A stretch of DNA of 64,000 bases from Trichoplax adhaerens. Lineage: Eukaryota; Animalia; Placozoa. The position numbers and the translations under genes are program-made. The DNA is taken from the NCBI RefSeq assembly GCF_000150275.1, contig NW_002060946.1, positions 553,562-617,561 on the forward strand, read 5' to 3'. Shown piece by piece: positions 53,501-64,000 of this stretch. Each line of letters opens with the position of its first letter. Positions within the stretch are counted from its first letter, which is position 1. The notes beneath the pieces were generated by a model. It had not been told where the DNA came from and made no database searches. It saw only the letters and a program-made list of their open reading frames with translations.

Positions 53501-56500
53501 AGGATATTAAATTCTTTAATTTGGTACCACATTAATCTTTATTACTAATAATATAGCATAAACTTTAGAGTACCGATGACATTGCATTCCAAAGGTTTTG
53601 ACTCTTAGCATTGCCGTATGCGTAAGCTTTCAGGTAATCCTCAACACCCTTAAAAAATGTTTGTTCTCCAAAATATTCATAGAGCATACGCAATAATGAA
53701 GCGCCCTGTAAAATAAGATCCAAATTACAATATAGGTTATGTCCATGATGATGACGAATAGATCACCAATGCTTCTTGCTATTGTATTATGATTAGGAAA
53801 GTTTATACTCTTGAACGCAAAAATGGTAAAATCCTAGAGTTTTAGTCTAGTATTTATGGGTATCGCCTACGGCACCTTATCGTATGAAATATGATCGAAT
53901 AAGGCACCAATTTGATTTGGGTCATTCACTGGTTGATAAACTGGATGAGAACTTGGTAAACTATCGTCGATAATTGCTTTTGCCATGGTTCTTAGGCTAA
54001 ACTGTTGATACTACCAATGATAGAGAAAATAATTAAGTTACGCCATATCTCGTGTACAGATAAATTCCGACCAAAACGCAAGTGAAGTATAAATTTCGAA
54101 TCATTAAAAAATTTTTTGCATCTTCGTATGCAAGCAAGGCAATTTACATACAACATATAAGATTATATTTTTGAGTATGAATTTGTCTAGATTAAATGTC
54201 TTTTAAGATTCTTCTACGTGTAGATTCTATTACTGGTTCATAGCTTATAAAAAGTAGTTAGGTTACTATGCAATATTATGCAGTAAGCCCTAAATAATGG
54301 CATGACCCTTTACAAATATTAGTATCTTACTCCCTGGAGTCCAGGTTTGCTATTTCTCATTCCTAGATAGGAAACAAACGTTGCAAAACCTTCATTCAAC
54401 CAAACATCGGACCACCAGTCCATCGTTACCAAGTCACCAAACCACTGCAATGTATTAGTGTATAAATGTAACCCAATTTTCATTCTTTTCTGAAATTAAT
54501 TATGTGACTACGACCTATCGGCTTTTAGAAATATTAACTTACCTGATGGGCTACTTCATGAGCCACGGTCTCAACAATATAGAAATAGTTTGTAGACGTA
54601 GCATATTTAAGATTATATAAGAATTGAACCTCGTTGAAAGTAATCAACCCCCAATTTTCCATTCCACCTGAGGAAAAGTCTGGTATTCCTACTAAATCTG
54701 CGAATAATAGAGGAATATAGCTTTTAGTTTCTTCTATGATTACTTATAACATTATTGCTACAAATTGTTTATTGTTATAGCAAACTTGATTAAATTACAT
54801 TAACAATCGAAATAATGTATCGTCGAATAACACTAAAACTGGCATGATCATCTGGATAGCTTTTTGTAAATTCATAGTAATAAAAGATGGATCATTCCGT
54901 ATTATTAAACACATATTCTATACCATTAGTTTATAAGTTTTAATTACCAAGTTTTGGCAAGGGATATTTGATATTAAATATTTTGCCATAATATGAAACA
55001 CAGTCTGCAGCAACCTGGAGAGATAATTGAGTTTCATGTACTTTTTCTTGATGAGTCCATGTTCGAACCTGGTATAGATTTAAGAACTTTAAAATATAAC
55101 CAACTGCAGGAACTATCATGTGTATATATATATATATCGTAAAAGTAACATTAATTATATCTTTGTCAATAACAAATAAAGGTCTAGTACGAGCAAAGTA
55201 ATTGTGAAGAAAACTTTGAATAACTGAGAGTGACTTTTAAAGATATAGAAGCGTAATTTCATCTGACTCATGTTATTAAAAGTGCTCCATATTGGCCAAG
55301 TAAATATTTGAAACTAGTTCTAATCAGCAATAAATTTAATAAATTTACTATCTTGTCAGATTTCAGATCTCATGGAATCCAATATTCAATCTTGTAGACG
55401 TAGTACGTACCAGAATATTATCTTTCGACTTTTTTTCCAAATGCTGGAAATCTGATATTACAAACGCTACGAGATAAGTACTCATTGGAACTGATTTCTG
55501 GAAATGAATGATGGTATTTTGATTTGCAAGAGTATGATTATTTCGAGCTAGCGTGTTAAATAAGGCATGATAGCCAGGAGGTACTACAACTGTTAGCTCA
55601 AAACTGGCTTTCATTGCCGGTTCATCAAAGCATGGAAACGCCATTCTAGCATCTGTAGGTTCAAAATCGGTCGTGTATAAGTATCTATGTAAAGTAGAGA
55701 AGTAAATGTGAGAAAGAGAGTCCATCGTTGATACTTTGGATAGTAAAACCTTGGAAAGCCACGCTATATATTATCAAGGTGGAATATTACAATTATTTAA
55801 TTGAGTAATTTTTACTAATAGCAAAAGTATTACTAAAAAGTGAATACTAAGGTATTATGCAAATGTGCAGCAGGATGAAAAATTTCTCAATTCTTAATGA
55901 CTTCCTTCTTTCTGTAGAATAAAAATTAGCTCTATTTCATTACGTCTAGTGAAGGACTACAATGCTATGGCCATCATATTAATGGTAATGATAATTCATT
56001 TTAATTATTAATTACTGATCTCTTATAGTTTCTTTACAAGGTTATTTTTAATTCTATTACTTCAACCAGATATCTTCAGCTATGTTACCGTATATAGAAC
56101 TATATACAGCCGTCTTCGCTAAAATTTTATAATCAATATTTTCGTGTAGTATCTTGAATAAGAATCACTCAACAGGTGATATTCACCATTGCTTCAGTAC
56201 CGAATAATTCACATATTTATTATTGCTTTTTGCATACCTCTTTTGGCCTGATGCTGTTACATATGTACTACGATAGAAGCCTCGTAAGCGGTTAGGATAG
56301 ATGAGTCCACTGAACTGGATGACTAATGTATAATTAGTCGCTGTTACCAATGAACTGTTGACTTGTACATAGTAATAATCGTTTCGAGGATCCTGTAATG
56401 TCCGCTTGACAGTCAATTCGTTTCCAGTTGATTGATCGATAATCCGAATGTCATTAATTTGTAACCCTCTACCATGGAATAAGATAAAGTCTGTTTTCTG

Positions 56501-56926
56501 ATGACAATGAAGACTGACTGTTACATTACCTTGATTAATTAGTTTTTGATAGTCTGGTTGTAGATAAAGATGATAATGGATTGGTTTAATAGTATTTGGC
56601 AAACGAACATGGTGATACGGGAATGATGGATGAGTAGATGCTAAAGTTGCTACATATGTGGAATAACTTGATGTTGGTCGGGTATGTAAGAAAGCACTAC
56701 AAGAATCGTTTTTATTTTCCGGTATCCCTGTATCGTCGATTGCTAAAAGAGCGATTAAAGCGATCAGAAATCCTATTACCAATACTGCAAGAACAGTGAA
56801 AATTTGCACTTGTCTCTTCGATTGAGGATACCCACAACAGTTATAGTATTTATGGTGGTCCTCTACAATACTTTCACCTTCTTCTTTAGTCGGCAATAAC
56901 TGATATTTTGTTGTTTTATCAGTCAT
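50564..56926 (-). CDS. M1 family zinc aminopeptidase, type II membrane (aminopeptidase N/A-like), multi-exon
   Basis: N-terminal [74 protein letters not shown] (HExxH-18-E), [13 protein letters not shown]; stop TAA at 50564. Confidence 0.95.
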
Positions 56927-59900
56927 GCTGAGAATGAATAAGCACTAGCTAAGACTTTTTGTAAATCGTATCAACTCTACTTTAAGATATCCAAGATTAA
57001 CGTAAAATGGCCAGTTCATCTACTAAGACAACGTTCCGGGTCAGTCTCGCTAGAAGAGGGTCATTACATCAGAATAATTCATAGTATCAAAGTACATGTT
57101 TACTTCAAGTGAAGATTAGTACAGGTTAGGCAAATAATATAATTTGAACTCTTTTCAAAAGTTAATCAAGCACACAATACTTTCTGTTTACTTTTCATCG
57201 GAATAATGTCAGTTAATTAACCTAATTATTTTAGCCATAAGGCATTGATTATAACTACTGTGTAAATTTATCGTTGATAATAATTCTATTAGTTAGTGTA
57301 AATAAATCAAGTGACGTACTACAACGGATTAAGTAATGGACTGATGAAATTATTTAATAATATCATTACTCCTATGTTAATATGAATTGTATCGTATTGA
57401 TTGATATGTCGTTAGTCACGGAAATAATTCGTATATCTTCGACCACCCAGCGTTACTAAATTTAATAATTACTTGAATATGCTATATTAGGGTAAATTAC
57501 AAAGTAGAAAATGTCTGTTGTTACATTGATTTCATTATATTTAATCCACGTAATAAGCAATTACCCAAATAATAGATTGATCTAAATTACGAGATAGCTT
57601 AACAAATTTAGAAAGAAATCAATTCTGGTATGGAGCATCCTACAGTAGTTGCATTACGAAATTATAACGATAACGTTAGTCTAATTGCATGGAAACTATT
57701 AGATGTACAAACATCCTAGCCATATCACAATAACTACATTCAACTAAAATTTACGAGAAACGCCTACAAGATGGATAATGGAATCAATTTGCTTGACTAT
57801 GGTAATCAGAATTTAAGTACTGTCAACATCTCTATAGTACCACAGTACATTGGGATGTAACTAAATTCTTATACTCGTATGAGCATCCAAAATTTAAGCT
57901 TCTGACGTCGCTCTTGTCGATTTATCAATAGCTATAATGCATATCGCGATTCAAAGTTGTGAATCATTAAGCTAATTATAACCACGATTCTATCAATATA
58001 ATTTCCTAATTATTACACAGTAGCGACTCATCATCTGTTGATCAAGCAAGTGATTTTTGTGTTAGCTATGTTGTACAAAATGATGTATTCTTTTACGATC
58101 ATGAGCTGTATTGTATATGGAGCATTACATGCTCAAAGTAGTCAGGAAATTAAATCAATTTAAGCTACATAGTAACGTAAGACAGCATACAGTGTACATA
58201 TACGATATACTGCATCTACTAGTATCAACAGTATATAATTCCGTCGGCAACCCTTTAGCCATCGATTTGCACTCTTAGTATAGTATCCAGTAGTAGCTTT
58301 TGTAATTATAATTATACGCGTAACTTATCTTTATGGATCTGGTATAAGATATTTCCGTAATCTTATATGGCATGCATTCTAAACGTACCGAGTGTTAACT
58401 TTCTTTATGAGCCCAACTTCAAACCCTCGTAGTACTCAACAATTCATACACTTGCGTCTTATAGTCGTCGGATCAAGTGTTTTTGCCAACGGTATCAGCG
58501 GATTATGGAAATAGATTTAAGACGTTCTAATCCACGTTTTAATGAAGCTTCTGTCACGTTACTTGTATGAAATCAGAGGAGATTTTAATTATGGTATGGA
58601 TCATCATGGTAAATAATGGTTTAGTCGGCATAAATAATGAATTAAATAAATAAACGATCAAATTGAATCAACTATTGCAGTCGAAATACTCGTAGCAAAT
58701 ACTGCCTTAATTTTGCTCACTTAATAATACATTCGCGCGTATTTCTCTTTTAAAAAGAAACAAATAGTTGGTATTTTGATAGTGTACTTCTGCACTGCAG
58801 CCCAGTAGTTAGTTAGACTAATTATACGTGTATTGTCACCAATTGAAGAATATCATCATTCAGATGTTACAGCTATTACAAGTATCTTTAGGTATTTCGG
58901 CACCCATATTAATTTAATAAACCAATGATATATAATCACTATGCACACCTTATTTTACGTATATAACGAACTATTTATGAATGTAATTGATTATTCAACA
59001 TGATGTTTGATCGCTTAATGTACCTATAGCGTGCAGATTGATACTTTAACTAATTGTCATTTAAACGAGTTAGATATTCGCTCTCTCCTTCTAGGAAGTC
59101 CGCTAGTCCAGTCTTGCGCTACTACTACGGTATAGTATTTAAATATTCGCATGTACCCATTAGTCTAAATGCAATAGTGAAGCATCATTTTGCATCAATC
59201 TTCTTTTTCAACTTGTATGACATACTCGCTATCTTTGATGCTATTGTTATTTCGTCTATTTTATATCAACCAGAATTTACCATTATTAATACTGTACGTT
59301 CTAGAAAGGCAGAACTATTTACAAGAGCAAGAAATGCGAGTTTAACATATAATAGACGGATGGCTATTGAATGGTTAACATTTTAAATTTGATGGAATAG
59401 CTGTGCCATACTTACTTGGTAGTATTAGGCTTATCAGAGAATTAAATTGCTAACAGCAGCACCCTGTCATATCACTCAAGTCTTAGCACCTATATCTCAT
59501 GCGATACTATTTGTACACTGTACAAATTAGCTAAGCGAGATTTAGTTTGTTACTGTATAACGCTAGTATTTCTATGATAATTGCATTTAATCACTGTAAA
59601 ATTAGGTCGATGGAGTAAGGAAAGAATACAATGAAAATTAAGCCGCTATAGCATAGTAAACGTTTTCTATGCGCTCATCAGTGATGGCATACGGTCAACA
59701 GGTCAAAGTCGATGGTCGTATACTGTTCATGATTAATTTTTTTTTCAACAACAATGCCTGTATCACGCATCTTATTAGGCCTGTTAAGAGTTCAATATGA
59801 TCAGCTATAGAGTAATATTTTACCTAGAGTATCGCTGAGTCGACAACATTGGAAACCAAATTTATCCTCAAAACTATCATTGCACGACAAACAACGGTGA

Positions 59901-59984
59901 TAAAAGTCTACGATTTTCTCTTTTAATAAAACATAGGACGCATTAATGTCTTCACTCATTATTTTACTGTAAGAGCTGACTGTA

Positions 59985-60720
59985 ATAGTCGTAGAGAGCT
60001 AGATTCTTCATTTTCCCATGTTTATTAAGCATATGACGCTTTAGTGGCTTTCTATTATAGCCAACTACGATGGAGATTATAGAGTAGAAGTTGACTAATG
60101 TACAGTATGTCATGCAGACGACAGTCACCGCAGTGATAATGCAGGAGCTGAGGAGCATGACTCCTCCGTAATGGCTTTAATCCTTTAGATTATTCTATGG
60201 AATTGACTATCATAGAGACCTAAATTATTCTTTTATCCTTTTTAAGCGTATAGTATGTATAACCCTTTACGGCTTTACTCCTTGGTTATTATATTAAGCA
60301 CTACTGTGGAGAGTATAACGCTTTAGTAGTTTTACTCATTGTTTTTTTGATACACAACTGAGTGTGATAGTGGTCCAAATTATTCGTTCTTCTCTGTTCA
60401 GCGTGTTGTAGAGTGCTTTTAATAGCTTTACTGTGTGCATTGATTTCAGCTAATTACAGTAACAATGTGCTTTGAAAGTGTAATAGTAATACGAGGTAAG
60501 TACTATATGACGCTGGGTAGTTTTGCTTAATAAAGTAGATGCTGGTTGGTATGATTGATTGACTGGGTTGAAAAAAGCCATTCCTCATACTGTACTGCGA
60601 TAGCGAACATACGTAGAGCAGAAATGAGTAAAATACAGCCCTGTCCAACACGCGACAAGAACAGCAGTGATGGTGCAGGAGCTGACGAGCAGGCATCCAT
60701 CAACTCTGGTTAAGCATGCA
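59985..60720. repeat. Old, diverged duplicated/tandem sequence
   Basis: gcagtgat..tgcaggagctga.gagca at ~60130 and ~60665; recurring aaattattc...taacgctttag..gctttact blocks. Confidence 0.55.
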
Positions 60721-60737
60721 GTAGAACGCTTAAACTC

Positions 60738-61252
60738 ATCGCATTTACTGAAGTCAATGCGATCGAATCGATCGATGGCTCCACTAACAAGTTTTCTTTT
60801 CCATGATATAGATTGATTGGGCATTTACTTCAGTAAATGCGATCGAATCGATCGATGGCTCCACTAACCAGTCTTCTTTTCCATGATATAGTACTAGATT
60901 GATTGGGCATTTACTTCAGTAAATGCGATCGAATTGATCGATGGCTCTACTAACCAATCTTCTTTTCCATGATATAATACTAGATTGATTGGGTATTTAC
61001 TTCAGCAAATGCGATCGAATCGATCGATGGCTCCACTAACCAGTCTTTCTTTCCATGATATAATACTAGATTGATTGGGCATTTACTTGAGTAAATGCGA
61101 TCGAATCGATCGATGGCTCCGCTAACCAGCTTTCTTTTCCATGATATAATACTAGATTGATTGGGCATTTACTTGAGTAAATGCGATCGAATGGATCGAT
61201 GGCTCCACTAACCAGCTTTCTTTTTCCCTTGATATAATTATAGATCGATTAG
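60738..61252. repeat. Tandem array of ~86-bp hairpin-rich units (~6 copies)
   Basis: aaatgcgatcgaatcgatcgatggctccactaacc...ccatgatataatactagattgattgggcatttact unit starting near 60756, 60835, 60921, 61007, 61093, 61179. Confidence 0.95.
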
Positions 61253-61309
61253 GGAATGGAGTAAACGTAAGATAAACATACGGTCGTCGAACCCCATGAT
61301 GCACGATCT

Positions 61310-61860
61310 AGTCAGTACTGTACAGTGTACAGTACAGTACTGTACACTGCCATGGACTGCTAAGATACTGTAGATTTACAGTACATACAGTATATTGTAC
61401 TGTACTGTAGTAGTCCATATTACAGTACAGTACTGCACATAATATCGGATACTGTACACTGACATGGTTTCTATACAGTGTATTGGATACGACTGATGAA
61501 CGTAGAGATTTGTATGCAATTGCACCAGTCCTTGTGAAAGTGTAGTCCTCGCAAGAACGTGATATCACTCGTGACGAGGACTGCGTCTGCTGGTGACATT
61601 CTTTTTGCTCAGTACGTTACCCATATATAGGAACGAGCTACAGCCTATCCTACTGTACTGTCCTCTACATTACAGTGGTGTTGACTAAGAAATGGATGAT
61701 GCACTGTACAATGTAAGACAAAGTGTTAGCAAAAATAGTGTCACTCTTGCCTGCAGTACCATCCTCCATTACAGTCTCCCAAAGGGATCGCGTACAGTAC
61801 GTAGTTGTACTGTAGGACGTATCGTACATATCGTCGCCTCAAATACAAAACAGTCAACCG
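61310..61860. repeat. (TACAG/TACTG)n clusters upstream of WDR7
   Basis: agtactgtacagtgtacagtacagtactgtacactg and further units up to ~61812. Confidence 0.85.
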
Positions 61861-61931
61861 TAAACGAGTCAGCGCTGACGAAGGAATGAAATGCTCAACT
61901 AGATGATATTGGATGCTTGCAAATCAAAATA

Positions 61932-63826
61932 ATGTCTTCCATGGCAGTTCCTGTAGCTTTATGGGGGCCTTCACCTCCAACACACCATATATCATGTATA
62001 GCTGTAACACCAGATCAAAGAACGATCGTTACTGGAACACTTGATGGACAAATTGGCCTTTGGGATTTGCGAACTTTGCAAAATAATACATTGCAGGTTA
62101 GATCAATCTTCTTCACTGGCATCATCCGATCACTATCATACTGTACTATATATTGCTCAACGTTATCTCCTACAGTAGACTCATTTTGTATCAAAAAACA
62201 CCTAACAGATTGCTTGCTCGTGTCTGCTCCTGGACTACCTTATGGTTGAATAACCACATACACTAAATCAGTAATTTGAGCCAATGATTCTGATCAACAC
62301 TTTCTCTTCTATAGCATCGATATACTGCATCAAGAAATAAATGATAAATAAACGCATTGTAGACACTTCCCTTCTGCTTTTGATAAATTCATTGAAGCAA
62401 AGAAGATGAATGAGATATTCGTAGTAGCAATCATCATCATCACTACGTGGAGTGTCTATTTCCCATACTGCGTGTTGTTATTATTTTTGCGCAGAAAAAG
62501 AATCTTACTGCTATTGCTTTTCAATGCTAACTAACCAGTAGACAACAATTATCATCTTAGTAGCATAGAATGAATGAGTTCAGTTGTAATCATGTACGAA
62601 ATCCATAGACATCATAATGTAATCATGATGATAGTCTTGGACAAGTGTCTTCTACTCAATACAAAGGTATTATCAACGGAAGGCACAGTATTGATTGAAG
62701 GTAGATGATAGTTTGCATGATCTGTCAATAACTTAAATACATTGGTAGCAACATCAAGACCATCCATCTGTCATTGCAATGGAATTGGTGTAATATTGGA
62801 TAGGCGCATCAAATTAGAAAATTAAATCTTGCGTTACAGACGAGTAGTCCGATAGAAATAACGTAATGTTTTTATCTCTTTATATAACTCAATATTGCCG
62901 TGTACTCATATGAATTACTACGTATTGGCAAATGGAGATTCTTTTTGTAATATTGTCTTTTCCAATTGACTTAATTAGCTGGTACCGAAGAATTTAATTT
63001 TTGGCCACCCAACTCCTGTCACAGCTTTGGCTATCGCTAATGATAAATGGGAAAAAGCCAGTATAATCAGTTCTGCTGAAGAAGGGTTAGTTTAGAATAC
63101 AAATTTATTTTTTTATAAATGCACTGTATATCGAATGTCTACATATAACTGGATATTTGTACTACTGTATCTATCATTGCTAAACTTAGATTACATCATG
63201 TCATTATTTTTGTCAAAATAATTTCAACTGCATTCATAATGTAGTATTCTAAAAGAGTTCTTCTTATTGATAACCCAATATTAATTCATTCGTGATGACT
63301 GTAATTTGTTATTGGTAATGGCAATTATACAATGCAGTGTTATTGTATATAATTCTATTTCTAATGCGTACATTACTTTAGCTTAAGGCTAGATAGAACG
63401 ACAATCTTATCAATATAATTACTCGTGTATAGCTCTTTGTAACGATTGAAAATTCAAAAGTAGCTTACATAGTATGCATTCAATGTTTAACTTACTATCT
63501 ACACTCTACCTAAAATAAAGCATGTAATTGTTATGCTTGTTGATAACCTAATGAACTTTGAATCCAATCTACTAGAGAAATATGTCTGTGGGATTCTGAC
63601 GATGGATCTTGTATCCAGTATCAATCCCAACTGCATGGATCCCATACTGAAATCCAGGTAGAACTTATAATATTACTAGCAATGTAAAGTGGATCCAGTA
63701 ATTTTATATTATTATTGTCTGAATTTTAGACTTTTCAAATGACATCTGGATTAAAACGTCTTTGGCGTGTTATTGTTTATGGTCGTTACAGTGATGCTTT
63801 CATTCTAGACGCAGCTACACTAGAAG
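61932..63826 (+). CDS. WDR7: WD repeat protein 7 (rabconnectin-3 beta), first four exons; gene continues beyond window
   Basis: Exons 61932-62096 (VPVALWGPSPPTHHISC..TIVTGTLDGQIGLWDL), 62979-63085 (PKNLIFGH..IISSAEEG), 63576-63657 (EICLWDSDDGSC), 63730-63826 (ILDAATLE), collinear with the WDR7 N-terminus. Confidence 0.9.
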
Positions 63827-64000
63827 TTGGTGTTAAATTTTAAAATTGATGTACTGTATAGTTAAGTTTAATATTAGTATATTTAGTAAGTAATACAAAA
63901 CTACAGTATCTATCTTTACAATACTGTAAATTGCTTCATAGTTACGATTGCGATCGGAAATAATAATATCTTCCTTTACTATAATTTATCGCGATGGTTC

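Noticed and set aside
60738-61252. CRISPR-like array
   Set aside because: Units repeat over their full length with no unique spacers, the context is eukaryotic, and there are no cas genes

Overview
AT-rich, intron-rich eukaryotic (animal) DNA. The compact introns and gene content resemble a placozoan such as Trichoplax, but that is an inference. Genes in order: intronless clan-3 cytochrome P450 (-); multi-exon WDR49/CFAP337-like EF-hand/WD40 gene (-); three intronless paralogous Sel1-like-repeat (SLR) genes with N-terminal myristoylation signals (-), with a decayed tyrosine-kinase-like pseudogene between two of them; a spliced pseudokinase gene (+); a 3-exon orphan gene (-); a type II membrane M1 aminopeptidase (-); and the 5' end of WDR7 (+). 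The strongest non-coding signal is mixed-orientation (TACAG/TACTG)n tracts. Comparing local duplicates shows these grow by TA->TA-CAG-TA / TA-CTG-TA insertions, the classic Tc1/mariner excision footprint. They pile up upstream of gene starts, suggesting 'microsatellites' built from repeated transposon visits. Also present: a family of tiny palindromic elements, an 86-bp hairpin-rich tandem array, and several local duplications.
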